Below, one piece after another: positions 1-13,545 of a stretch of 64,000 nucleotides of DNA; position 1 is the stretch's first letter, and the number at the start of each line of letters is the position of its first letter. The stretch spans positions 558,001 to 622,000 of the forward strand of contig JAQGDQ010000006.1 in the NCBI GenBank assembly GCA_030141605.1. The letters are read 5' to 3'. This DNA comes from Tubiluchus corallicola. Lineage: Eukaryota; Animalia; Priapulida. Made by a program: the position numbers and the translations under genes. The notes under the pieces are model-generated. The model did not search any database. It was not told the DNA's origin and saw only the letters and a program-made list of their open reading frames with translations.

Positions 1-189
1 AAGAGATTTAGAACTTGCACATTTTGTAAATCACTGCTTTCAAAATATTTGTGAGAAAGGCTTATTTAAAAAAATTCTCAGGAATCTGAATAATAATTGC
101 AATATCCAATAACAAGAAAGTTGAGGAAAAAGCAGTAATGACAAACATATAATCTGACAAGATTACATAGACAGAAACCAAAAACGCAC

Positions 190-262
190 CTCGTTAAATC
201 TAATATGCGAATACCAGCCAATGGACTTCTAACGTCTTCTGTACCATGACGAATCTCTGAAG
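190..262 (-). CDS. SUGCT: SUGCT-like class III (CaiB/BaiF) CoA-transferase, internal coding exon; gene continues beyond the left edge
   Basis: Minus-strand exon between tttcag (264-263) and gtgcgt (189-188) encodes (x)SEIRHGTEDVRSPLAGIRILDLTR. This matches the N-terminal motif PLxGxxxLDLTR of CoA-transferase family III (human SUGCT PLEGVKILDLTR-VLAGP). Confidence 0.8.
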
Positions 263-2473
263 CTGAAATGAAAACAGGAAAAAAATTAAAAGCAGCACGA
301 GTTGAAATCACAGATTTTGAAATACTGCACATGCACAAGAAACAGATTGATAGCCTGTCCTGCGAAATCAATATTTTAAGAGTATGCCAGGACAGGACCA
401 GGACAGGCCTATACTTGAAGTAGTGCATAATAAGACAGCAGCTTGGCTACCTTCAAGCACACCTTCCCTATGGCGCTTTTAGTATATTTACATCAATTTA
501 CAATAACATATTTGCCATATCAAGTCCTCTCTAATGATAGAGAAATAATGAAGTCCTCTCTTTCAGTGAAATACCATCTCACGAAGAAAATATTTCACAG
601 GCGTTCGAATATTTCACACCAGTGCAACACTTTTTCAATTTCTTAAAGGAAAACTGGACGATTGTGTAAACAGTAAACGAGTCCGCAAGGGAAGATGCCT
701 GCCATTGCACAAACTGTGGTTAGTTTCTGATGTAAGCGATAGCTGTATTCGGGTTGCCATTGATTAACTTTCTAAGCTAATTATTCAAATATAAGAAACA
801 ACTGCTGACTTTTATAGGCAAGAAAATATATTTTTGGACAGTAAATTAAAATGAGATTGAACCTAAACAATCATTCGGCTTCCTTTAAGTTTATACACTG
901 TTGTGACTTCACTCACAGTTGACCGAGCATTGCTGATGTGTCTCTGACAGCAAACTGTTACTGAATGAATAATTTCATTGCTATTAGAACAGGTTTTTTC
1001 TTGTTCTACATGCTAGCTGCACAAAATATGCCCAGAAACGAGTGAAAATGAAACAATCTTTGAACTGCAAGGTCATTGTTGAGCAAATACCTAATACTAG
1101 AACATATATGCTGGAGATTTTTAATACTCTGTGTATTTCTGTTTATATTATTACATTTTTTGGACCTCATGTATTACTATTAAATGCAAAACATTATTTG
1201 CTAAGTGTTTAATCATGAAACCATTGCGGTCTATATTGGCTTTAGGCTCGCACTGTACATACACCATCAACTTAAAAGTCTAAAAATATTTTTAGAAGGG
1301 ACTGCTCACATGCTTATCTCTATTGGTAGGGCCAATGAGTTTAGCCTAAGGTAGCACACTAGACTATTTAGTTACAACACGAAAAAGTGCCAAGCAAAAA
1401 TTACTGAATAGACCTACACCTGTCAGGAAATGACACTTACAGTTATGAACTTATTCAATTTATATTAATACAACTCAAAAGTAAATTATGGTATTTTAAT
1501 AAAATTTAAATCCGAGAGTTGAAGTTAAACTCACGAGCAGCATGTTCTCAAGATCTCTTTAAAAAGTGGCGCATTAAATCTAGATCTTGTCACCCAAAAC
1601 CACAAAAACTGTACTAGAAAAGGTCGGGAATCTTACTGGTACTCCACTGTGGTATCTTCCCTGGTGCAGGCAACAGCACCCACACATTGAAGAGCTTATT
1701 GCACATTACAATCTTTACTTTTACACTCACCAATCACCTCTTGCTCAGATGCCTAATATTCATACTTTAGCTAACTTAACTACGTTTTCTTATTGTGTAT
1801 TCACACTGGGCTGGAGTGTTCAAGTTGAAATTGGAGTATTAGAACAAAGTCCTGCTAGTTGTACTGTAGGTCCATGTAGGTACAAAAACTTTGTCTTGTT
1901 TTAATTTTCATGCCTAAAGCTTCATATTAGACTAATATAAGTGTCAATCATGATCACATGAAGGCACCGAAAGACCTGGTACATATTTTGTTACGAATAC
2001 TGCAATTAGACAAACTTTGTATTCTGTTTATACTTAATACACATTTAGTTTTATTAACACAAACACATCACAAAGAACCATGGTTATTCACAACATTTGG
2101 TAGCTTACAAGAAACTAAAAAATATGTTTATAGGGCTAAGAACTGTACTGTACTGTGCATTTTAACTGTGCAAAATCTGTATAATACAGACTAAGTAATA
2201 CTTAAAAAGTTATTACTAATATACGTAATACTAATAGTAATAAAAAGTAATATCATGGCAGTACAAGTACAACATTACGTTCACTCGAAAATTGTTGTAG
2301 TTACAAAACTCGAGAAATTTCCCCAGAAACTTCTCGAAAGTAGAACATATTATTGCTAACTACATTAACAATGCCTGCCAGGTTATTATAACGTGGTCGA
2401 AACTGGGATTTACCGTACGCACATCAGAGCTTAAAGTGCAAAAATACAATGAAGATATTGTCAGTAAACCCAC

Positions 2474-2591
2474 ATTTATGTCGTTTATGCACTCTACAAC
2501 AAGCCGGTATAATATCTTTCAACTTTTTCCCACAATTATGTGATGCCCTGCAATATAAAACGCCAGCTAAAACTTTCACAGACGCTGCCAT
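2474..2591 (-). CDS. SUGCT: Probable first coding exon of the SUGCT-like gene (putative mitochondrial presequence)
   Basis: aacATGGCAGCG start context encodes MAASVKVLAGVLYCRASHNCGKKLKDIIPACCRVHKRHK (basic, one acidic residue). The phase-1 donor T|gtgggt joins in frame to the 190-262 exon. The donor choice is inferred. Confidence 0.5.
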
Positions 2592-3592
2592 GTTGGCACT
2601 TGACAGTGTAAAGCTATTTTAGGAAAGCGACGCATCAAAAAAATTTTCATCAACGACCGGGCCATTGCAATGAACTGACACACACGAAATAGACACATCT
2701 TTGTTCAAGTAAACACGAGCACCCTAGTAAAAGTCAATGCTTGGATAAGACAAGTGATAAAATTTAGAGAAATTTAAAGAACAACAGCGTGACAGCGTAC
2801 AGTTTTTTTTGGCTGGCTCCTTTATGATGTGGATGTACAAAAGCCTGAAAGAAATAATCATAATTAGTGTAGCCACTGTGAATCGACAGGGTTGCCACCG
2901 TAACGCCCGACACGAACTGCATTCTATTAAGTTACAATCATAGCACGATATTAAAATAAAGTAAGCCCACAATTACATAATATTATAATTAAATTTTTAA
3001 TCAAACTCAAATGACAGGAAAGGTGAAAGGTTGAAACCAAGAATCTTCGGCTTACAAGGCCAGCGCTATGACTAGTTTAACCAGTATAGGCCACTCGTCT
3101 TTCTTGGTGATTGCGACAGTCCAAAGTTCATCCCTGTACCTAGTCAACCATTTCATTATTTTGAATGTTAGATCGGTCACAATACAACGCACCATGTCAC
3201 GGGCAAAGCTTGGAATATTTATTTTTAGCTGGGTACAGTTCATTTCCAGCTGTGTTCCAGCTTTTCACATTACCTGCCTTTCGAGTTTGGTTCAAAATTT
3301 AATTATTAATTTGGTGGGTTGAACCATTATTAATGAAATTAATTGACTTTACTAAGGTATTGTAGATGCACTAGTATCTGTTGTATAAATTCATTTAACA
3401 GCGCCAACAAAGTGATCACCAACTACTTGCAACATAATGAATTTTGAAAATTGAAGAACAATAATTATCAGAGCAAACAATGGCGAAACGGATTGTCATT
3501 GGAAAGGTTTATAACTACAATAACAGCAATAACAATCAATAACAATAACAACAATAGTACTAAATTAATTTTTACGTATATACATGCATATT

Positions 3593-3596
<4 letters not shown>

Positions 3597-3662
<66 letters not shown>
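3597..3662. repeat. (CA)33 microsatellite
   Basis: Read directly from the sequence. Confidence 0.98.
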
Positions 3663-3671
<9 letters not shown>

Positions 3672-4534
3672 TACGTATTCATAAAAACATTTTGGTATGT
3701 GAATTTAAAACGGAGGCGTCAAATATGTATGATAATAGCTATAGTGTCTGAGTTCTCATATTATAATTAATAATGCTGTACATATTTATAAAACTGAATA
3801 TAACACCCAGTTGTCATGGTAAAGTAGGGTCAATATAATGGAAATAATAGCCTTACTTCTAAAAAAAGTGCAAGAAAACATTTTTGGGGGGTGGTATCTT
3901 GTAGTTTTTGGGCTAGTGAATAACAATTCAAATTAGGCCGAAATTTGAGCACTGCAAAGAGCCTAATTATGACGTCAAAAAAGATGGTCGCCATTTGACC
4001 AAAATGGGTATTACTATTAAATTATAGTCTTCTAGGCACACACATGCACACACGTGCACACACACACACGTGCGCACACACACGCACACATACACACACA
4101 TGCGCACGCACGCACGCACACACACACATACACGCGCACACACACGCACACGCACACATACACACACGCGCACACACATCCTTCTCAAGCAAATAAATTA
4201 AATTGGAAATCGAACTGGATACAGCATAATAATGATAAGTAATGGCAGTACTGATGATGAGTTTGATGATGACGATCATGACGTGACGGTGATGACAGAT
4301 GACAATGATGATGTTTGTGATAAGGAGAAACAGATGGACAAGGAGGATGACAATTACGACAACGAGAGGGGAAAACAATGATAAAGCTGCTTATTTTAAT
4401 TGATAATTATCAGAGCAAACAATGGCGAAACGGATTGTCATTGGAAAGGTTTATAACTACAATAACAGCAATAACAATCAATAACAATAACAACAATAGT
4501 ACTAAATTAATTTTTACGTATATACATGCATATT

Positions 4535-4783
<249 letters not shown>

Positions 4784-6692
4784 TACGTATTCATAAAAAC
4801 ATTTTGGTATGTGAATTTAAAACGGAGGCGTCAAATATGTATGATAATAGCTATAGTGTCTGAGTTCTCATATTATAATTAATAATGCTGTACATATTTA
4901 TAAAACTGAATATAACACCCAGTTGTCATGGTAAAGTAGGGTCAATATAATGGAAATAATAGCCTTACTTCTAAAAAAAGTGCAAGAAAACATTTTTGGG
5001 GGGTGGTATCTTGTAGTTTTTGGGCTAGTGAATAACAATTCAAATTAGGCCGAAATTTGAGCACTGCAAAGAGCCTAATTATGACGTCAAAAAAGATGGT
5101 CGCCATTTGACCAAAATGGGTATTACTATTAAATTATAGTCTTCTAGGCACACACATGCACACACGTGCACACACACACACGTGCGCACACACACGCACA
5201 CATACACACACATGCGCACGCACGCACGCACACGCACACATACACGCGCACACATGTGCACACACACGCACACGCACACATACACACACGCGCACACACA
5301 TCCTTCTCAAGCAAATAAATTAAATTGGAAATCGAACTGGATACAGCATAATAATGATAAGTAATGGCAGTACTGATGATGAGTTTGATGATGACGATCA
5401 TGACGTGACGGTGATGACAGATGACAATGATGATGTTTGTGATAAGGAGAAACAGATGGACAAGGAGGATGACAATTACGACAACGAGAGGGGAAAACAA
5501 TGATAAAGCTGCTTATTTTAATTGTTTACGCAATTTTTATGCAATTATGTTTTGTAGTACGATTGCAATTGACGTCAAACATATATCGCTCCGCCCCCGC
5601 TGCAATGTAAGCACGCTAGCACGCTCAGCAGCATTCGGACAACAACTGTCTAAGCTAAACTAAACTAAAGCAAACAACATGACACTAAAACTAATGTCTA
5701 ATCAGCAGATAAACTGATTGCTCTTTTTCATAAACACAAATTTGTAAAGCAGCAGTTATTTTAACACGAAATTAACATTTCAAATAGCCAAGAAATGACT
5801 TTTCAGTTTAAACAGAATGTAGAGACAAAGTTTCAAAGCACTACAAAATGCAAAGACATAAAAATATAATAAAGAAACTAAGCCAGTTAGCCTTGCTTTA
5901 CAATAAATGAACAACAAAAATATTAACTCTCTTTTGATTGTTCCATTCAATAGACGACCCTTATATTGAATGCCCGAGTTACATAAGTCCCAATGGCAGG
6001 TTTTAAGCACGATTATAACCAGAAATAGTAATAGCGTAAAATTAACTAATATTACTTTGATGCATAATATATTACATTTTGGCATTTGCCATACCAAACT
6101 CATACGTTTTTTGTACCTCATTTATCGGGTGTGCTTCGTTCGAGTACCCAGCTTGAAATCAGATTTGTAAAATTACTTGTCTTGTGTATTAATAGCAGTA
6201 ATACGCTTGTGAACTTTTTTGCAAGAAATACAGAATACTCTGTGCAGTCAACATTGGATTACAATCTGCAATTTATTAAATGTAAATATAATGATAATTA
6301 CAACAAATGTGATTATTTAAAAATTAAAAGATTCATATGTAAGAAAGCTAGAGAATTTACGGACTCAAGGCCTCACTCTTTCATTTGTTAAAGATGTTTT
6401 AAATGACTTGATCAGAAGCGACTTTTCCTTTTTAGACAATCTGCAAATTCATGACATTCTACAAAATTTATGTTGCGAATAATTTGTGATTCTGTGATGT
6501 AAAATCAAACTCAATATCGTATGTGTATGTTAGTTAATGACAAATTTTGTTTGTGTCAAGGTATGAGTTTTTTTTAACTACTAACCATTGTTTATTTATT
6601 TGTTTATTTACACAGCTAACCGAATGAATGTATTGTATTTACAATAATTCGAAATAAATCGTGTATATATATTATACATACATACATATATT

Positions 6693-6697
<5 letters not shown>

Positions 6698-6742
<45 letters not shown>

Positions 6743-6800
6743 TGCGTGAGTGTGGGCGGGCGGGCGGGCGGGCGGTTGGTTGTGCGTGCGTGCGTGTGTA
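6698..6800. repeat. Compound microsatellite (GT)n(GCGT)n(GGCG)n
   Basis: Read directly from the sequence. Confidence 0.9.
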
Positions 6801-9050
6801 TGGATGTATGTATAATATAGGTTTTGACCACATTTGAATTAATTTTGACTGTGTAGATCTCACTGGCCAGAAAAGAAAACATTTTGTTTTGTCCTTATAT
6901 AAGTTAATCAAATAGTTGTTCTTATCTAAACTTGCAAAGCCATAAACTAAACAAACTGCGTATTTTCTTGATTGCAAAATGGTTTAATCAGCAACTTATA
7001 GACGTAAGCGTTGTGCATTTCTTTCTATAAAAGAAACTAGACTATATATTTCCACTAATTCACTTACAATTTCAATTGACAATAATAAAATCTAGAACCA
7101 GGCTGATATTTCTCCCGCTAACTAATGAAAAGTTGAGCATTTTTCATAACAGTGTTAGTCGGAGCTGTACTAAATATCCCGAACGTACCTGCTGCAAGAG
7201 TGTGTGAAATAACTTGCATGCTGATTGGCCAGTCAACGAAAATGATTGACATTATATTAGACGTCAATTATAAATGACAAACACTGTTTAGAACACGCAC
7301 CGTCACTATACCGACCCTGACCTTTCCCAGCTATGATTAAAATAATGAATGATAATGAAACAGACATTTGATAAGACGATAACACGGGAAAAGGTATAAA
7401 GATACAAATGAGACAAAGGTAGAGGTGTACATCTTTAGGTAAAAAGTTGATGGATAAAGAGTCAAAGGTAATAAAAAACACCACATGAAAGTATTAAAGG
7501 TAAATAAGTCAAGCAAAAAAAGGAGGTAAACAAAAACAAAGACACATATATTTACATAATACATAAAAAGCAATGGTGAAAAGTCAAAAGGCAAATTTGA
7601 TAAGCAAATGGGCATGATAAAAGACCGCAAGGTTAAAGGAAATGCTTCTTATTTAAACTCATTTGTAATGCTTCTAAAGTACCGTAATTATGTATGATGC
7701 AATTACATGAAATGAAAGCTCACAATGAAACAATTTCTCTTAGATCAAGCCATTTCCAGGCCACAATGAATAAAACCACAAACTGAATTTAATATTTGCC
7801 AACAAGGGCATAACAAATTAAAGGGCAGAGAAGATTTTCTTCTGGTAGCACATTCAAGTATGAGCAAAATAATGGATTTCAGGAACAAAGCTAGTCCAGT
7901 TGCCTTGACTTGCTTGGTATTTGTTAAAAAAAAACTAGCACAATTAGCGGGCAGAGATAAACAAGTGGGAAAACCATGTACTGTTTAGGCGCAACGAAAT
8001 ACTAACGACGTGCGATATATGCTACTGCTGTAGTATTTTCAGTTTTAGTAATCCACAACTTCGTAATTTGTGTTAACCATTCATTTTAACAGTTAAAACA
8101 TTAATATTTTAACAGTTATTATTCCTTGTTTATTATGTACGTATCTTTTTTTCTTCTCAGACTCACATTCCCCAACGGAACCGTTGACTTTAATGAACGT
8201 ACTAAAATGTGAGAATCCATTTATTATTCACTAACAATAAAATTTTGTCATGCTTTTAATATTAAAAAAGTGAGCTGGCGAATATTAATATGCCTAGCTA
8301 TAGTCATAAACATGAAGCGTATGACGCAGTATGCTACCACGCATGCTAAGTAAAGTAGTCGTTTTATATTTATCCCTCCGGACTCTGCGTGTTTACTGTT
8401 ATTTATACATTCTTCGTTTATGTTCATTTACAGATGTTTTCAGGGAAGCCTTTTATGAAGTCCGGTATCATAGTGGAAAGAAATTAAAGCTAGGCTTCTT
8501 CCATATGAAAACGACGTTTTAGAGCGCTGGCATACGAGCATCTAAAGTCCGAACAACTCCTAACAAAAATTTCCAGTAAAACGCTTTCGTTTATAGTGAA
8601 TTTTAATAGTGAATTTTATAGTGAAGTTGAAAACATGGTCTAAGCCGATCCTAACATCACATTATATTATAACAGACTAACAGTTCCAATAATAATTTCG
8701 AAGGAAATCATAATTGCTGACAAAATTTGGGCATCGCGACTAGATACAAATGTTATATGCAGCTTTGAGAAAATAATAAAACAATCATTGATTTTAACGG
8801 AAGACATAAAATTACGTTTTCTCTTATACGTTGGTAATTAATCGATTCCTTTGTTCGAATATATTATAGAGACTGGTACGCCAAAAAAGGTTAACAAAGT
8901 AATAATAATAATAATATAATAATAATAATAATGGTAATAATATCAACATATTTTTACAATTAGAAATACATGTTACGTTTATGATAGTGTATGGAGGCGT
9001 GTCGTACAACCTGTATATATATACATATCATCAGCATTAGTCTTCATTCT

Positions 9051-9467
9051 TCACTCTAATCTGCTCATACTAAAATCACCATCCCGTTCGCGGCTGGAAT
9101 GATCATCCCATTTATGAAACACTTTGAACAGCACTTTGCACGTGGAAAGTAGCAACACGGTCATAACAACAGCCAACACCACGGCCTTGATCACCTGAAA
9201 TTCTGTAAATCCAAAGAAGCCAACATCGTCCTCGTATTCAATCTCGGTTTTGTTGTTCCAGTCGAGTGGACCACAGTTGACGTCGTTGCTGTCCGTGCAA
9301 TTATTGGTAAAGTTACCAAGTACACTACGCGTACCATTTTTTGAGTCTGATAGAAGAAACCAAGATTGGCTTTCATCGGTGTCATTAAAATCGTTACTGA
9401 CCGACGTATTTGATTGGCTGTTGAATCTCCAAAAATTAAGAGGTCGAGACAAAGATCGATACGACAT
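9051..9467 (-). CDS. Uncharacterised small single-pass membrane glycoprotein (138 aa, predicted N-out/type III)
   Basis: The ORF is GC-elevated relative to its flanks and has an in-frame stop shortly upstream of the ATG. It has six N-x-S/T sequons (N20, N28, N44, N52, N56, N72), all before one hydrophobic helix (about V92-F114, VIKAVVLAVVMTVLLLSTCKVLF). Basic residues K111/K115/K119 follow the helix (positive-inside rule). Confidence 0.75.
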   Translation of the reverse strand: MSYRSLSRPLNFWRFNSQSNTSVSNDFNDTDESQSWFLLSDSKNGTRSVLGNFTNNCTDSNDVNCGPLDWNNKTEIEYEDDVGFFGFTEFQVIKAVVLAVVMTVLLLSTCKVLFKVFHKWDDHSSRERDGDFSMSRLE

Positions 9468-10295
9468 GAAACTGTAACTGTCTCGCCCACTTCACGCATA
9501 TATTTTCGTCTCTTCACGGCTACGGTTTGTGAAACTCTTCATTAAAAATTTTATAGCGACACGCTACTTCTCATTATGACGAACCTGACGTTATAGTTGC
9601 TGAACTTGATAGTAAATATTTCACATTAGCTTATTATGTTGTAGACCTGATAATAAACTTTAGAAACTTTCAATGCAATCAACTGTCTCTTCAGAGTTTA
9701 AAGCGGGTTCAAAAGTAATACACGTTTTATAAACAAAAAATCTTCTTGTGCGCTTAAAACTTCTTCAGCCAAACTAGCTATTGACAGACTGGCGAATGTT
9801 TCCGCGAATGTGATGCATCGGCACTAATCACTGTGAAGCCCAGCTAGCCTACACGCGCAAACAAACTAAGCTGCGATTTTGTGGGCTTCTACGCACACAC
9901 ATAAAAACGGGTTTATTCGTAATGCAAGTTTTATCCTCTAATTTATCAAGCAAATTGGTTCAACCAGCACATCAAAGACTATTACATGCACTAATATAGG
10001 AGCTTGCTGTTAAATCCAATACAGTTGAGTAACGGTTCTCGAGAGAGGCCCTAGTTATATAGATCATTATTAATGAGATTACATGCATTCCAATCTGTCT
10101 ATTATGAACTATTTTAGCACTCGAGCCTGCACTAATAACGAAAGCATCATTATGGTTACTATCAATGCTGGTCATGACAGATTAGTTCCAGAACATCTCT
10201 AGGCTTCAGTCGCAGGACGCAACCGCCCACACAAGTATGTGTATGCTACAGTCACTGTTCAAGTCCTAGTTTTTTATAGAACTGTTACCTTATAA

Positions 10296-11029
10296 CAGTC
10301 TTTTTCAACCAGTGTGCCGCGGCACACTGATGTGCCGTGAGAGATCATCAGATGTGCCGTGGGAAATTATCTAATATCACCTAATTAACCATTGTCGGGT
10401 GTCTGTACTGTGTCTGTAACCATTGTCTGTGCTGTAATAAACTGTGGCCGATAATGTAAAACTCTTTTATTTCAGTGGGTGGCAGCAGAAAGCGATAAAT
10501 GCCTGTAAAGTCAATAGAGTTAGTGTTTATGTACAGCATCAATACTTAAAATATACTTGACTCTCAAAACACTGCGGGATTGAATGATAAACAAGAGAAT
10601 TATCGCTGTTGTATGTTTGCTTAGTAAATTCGTATACAGTTTACTTCGAGCACATAACTGGTTTAGATATACCATAGTTTAGGTTTGCTATATATACAAA
10701 TGTAAATTTGTTGCGGGCAATCAACCACAGACGGCTTCATTAATATAGTAAGTTTTCAGGCTTCTTTAGAACTATCAATCGACTTGATCAGGCGTACTTG
10801 TAGGGCCAAAGAATTCCACAATTTGGAGGCATGAGACGTGAACGATTATGTGACTAGCCTGCTACGTGAGACTTCAAGATTTCACCACTTTCTGTGCGAC
10901 GCATCAGTCAGAATTGTCACGTGACCGCCTATTGTTTCAACACGCACGTGTCTGTAAATGGTGGTGGTGCCCGAGGATTTTGGAAATGTAAAAAATGTGC
11001 CGTGGCTCAAAAAAGGTTGAAAATCACTG
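10296..11029. mobile_element. Non-autonomous hAT (Buster/Charlie-type) element, 734 bp
   Basis: TIRs CAGTCTTTTTCAACC / CAGTGATTTTCAACC (rc). Perfect 8-bp TSD CCTTATAA (10288-10295, 11030-11037) with the central TA typical of Buster-type hATs. Subterminal TGTGCCG repeats. Confidence 0.92.
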
Positions 11030-12433
11030 CCTTATAATATGTAAATAAGTATGGAGCGAGACACAGAACAAATATTCAATGAGTGCGTTTGATACATTGG
11101 TTAATTGTCGGAAATTATGCATTACAAGTACAATGTCAAATTACACAGAAATTATATAACTTATATTGTACTATAGAAATATTTCTGCATAACCCTAAGA
11201 CACCGGTTTACAGAGTCGTGACGCTTCAGTGTGTAGGTACTTAATATTTGGCAAATGAATTGCGCTTATTGCCTAATAATTGTTACGATTGTTATTCGAA
11301 GAAAGTAAAAAATCAATAATAGTTTGAATCATTAATATATTTTTAATGTAAATCATAATACAACATGCGGGACGAATTACATTAGTCCAATTACGACAAC
11401 GTGCGATTATAAGTAATTGTACGATTGTCGTACTGCCGTATCGTCTTAATTGTCAATATGATATCAAATGCTAGCATTAATCAACAATATTCTAGTTGAT
11501 TAATTAATTGCAACTTAACAAAATTAATGGATGGACACACAAACATTCGTGTCACGTACCGGTATATGGAGAACTAGAAAATATCATATACATGAAAATC
11601 TGTTAGAGCTATAAACTGTAAAGTGATTAGAAAGAATATCAATGTCTGAAATTCATAAAACTGTGCAAGATATTAAATTTAGTAGTCCACTTAATAAGGT
11701 TCCAATTACCCTGTGGAAAACTGAACGATAAATGAGCAAATATCGTATTATTCATGAAAGTGGTGTGTTTTTTCCGAATACTAACTATACTATGATATAG
11801 AATACTATACTATGCTACAAAAATAGTCTAACTAACAATATCTGTGTACAACTTGTTCATGTTTACTGGTAACTATTCTTGTCAGTTTCTTGAGATAATG
11901 TTGAGATAAAATTTTCAATGTTATTTTAAGAATGGATGGCATTTTGTCAGTCCAAAATTTACCAGTACGTATTAGAAATACTATGATACACATTTGATTG
12001 GATCTTTGCATCCATTGAAATTTGGCAGAATTGAGTGGACATATCGGGTCTTTGAAACGACTGTGCAAAGCCAATTTTGAACCATACAGAGGCAAGTGGC
12101 ACATCATTGGATTCCTCGTGAAACGTATAGAATTCAATGCGCCAGGCTAAAATTGCGAGTCGATTATGTTTGGCTAGAAATTTCACGCATACAAAATATA
12201 AGCATTCAAAAAATGCCATGTTTGAGGCGCCACGACGCACTGTTACCAGATATAGGTTTTTTAACCCCAAAATAAAGGCGCAGTTGACCAAATCTGGCAT
12301 GCTTGCAGTAGGGGCTAAGTGCCACGTGACCCTGTCACAACTAGTTAACTGGCACTAGCGGTATATATCGACCTGATAAGGCCATTAATTTTTATGTAAT
12401 TCTTTGGTGCCTTCTGGTTCTGGAAGGTAAGTC

Positions 12434-12455
12434 ATATATATATATATATATATAA

Positions 12456-12519
<64 letters not shown>
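12434..12519. repeat. (TA)n microsatellite
   Basis: Read directly; one interruption. Confidence 0.95.
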
Positions 12520-12524
<5 letters not shown>

Positions 12525-12535
12525 GATCCAGATTT

Positions 12536-12665
12536 ACTTTGCACTTAGCACTTGCATTTAGCATTCGTGGAGATACCTGTATCAGACATAGTCTGTATTG
12601 TAAATCCACTTTAAATTAATACAGGTATCTCCACGAATGCTAAATGCAAGTGCTAAGTGCAAAGT
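12536..12665. repeat. Perfect 47-bp inverted repeat with 36-bp spacer
   Basis: 12536-12582 is the exact reverse complement of 12619-12665. Confidence 0.95.
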
Positions 12666-13305
12666 GCTAATAACAATATAATAGGCATTGCAACTAATGT
12701 TACACTTCATTTGATAAAACAATCGGCTCAGGAAGTTATTTCGATTCAATTTTAACCAAAAATATATCCGATCTTTAAACGAAAAACCAACCTTTGAGTA
12801 ACATTCATTGTAATATACACTTAGAAATGGTGAAATTACCGCATAATATACGCGTATAAAATGTTTTGATTAAAGTGCAAAAGAAATTTATGCCATTCTT
12901 ATCTCCGCCACCTCGCTGCATAGATATTTGGAAAAAAAACACCTAAGCTTGTGGACAGTACGAAGGCACGTGTAACAAAACTTCTGCAGTTCACTAAGAA
13001 ATTCCGCTATTCTAGCTGATTAAAGTACTTCGCATATCGTGCTTATGCTTACAACTTTAATCCACGGGATTGCACCTGAAAATGCGTAAAGGTACTACAC
13101 ATAATACAATTGCATGAAATAAGACCGTCTTCTTCTCTATCAAGTTCTTCTGATTTTTAGAAAAAAAGTCGTAAGACTGCTGATTTATAAGCTGTCTGTT
13201 TAATCTTCAGGTATTTTGAATTAAGTAAATGCGACACAGAGTCGCATTGGCAAAAGTCACAAAACAGGGTAACTTTGACACCTAATTTCTCCAGGTTGAT
13301 TATGC

Positions 13306-13545
13306 ACTGGTGAAATCTTACCCTGGCGAAGTATGCCACTGCTTTAATGTTTATTGCACAATCATTAACTGGTGAAATGTAAACTGTCGAAGTGATGTAC
13401 TGGCGAAATGCCAGACTGCAGAAATGATGCACTAGCGAAATGATAGGATACAGGGTAAGAGAAATGATAGACTGACAAAATGTTAAAGTGGCAAAGTGAT
13501 ACACTGGCGATATGATTCACTGGCAATATGTAATACTGGCGAAGT
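13306..13545. repeat. Degenerate tandem array of ACTGG(C/T)GAAATG-like units (probable TE subterminal array)
   Basis: actggtgaaat, actggcgaaatg, actagcgaaatg, actggcgatatg, actggcaatatg and actggcgaagt recur at short spacing. Confidence 0.7.

Noticed and set aside
78-428. 116-aa ORF as a complete gene
   Set aside because: Only 190-262 is exon-like; the rest is intron read-through.
2414-2473. Longer SUGCT exon 1 using the donor G|gtaaat at 2413, implying TGA readthrough or selenocysteine
   Set aside because: It needs an in-frame TGA in a non-conserved presequence; the upstream gtgggt donor gives an open frame without recoding.
3052-3243. ORF with a hAT-like WPILVKLV segment
   Set aside because: Too short and degenerate, and no TIR or TSD was found.
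13306-13545. CRISPR-like repeat array
   Set aside because: Units are short and degenerate, lack unique spacers of constant length, and sit in a eukaryotic context without cas genes.
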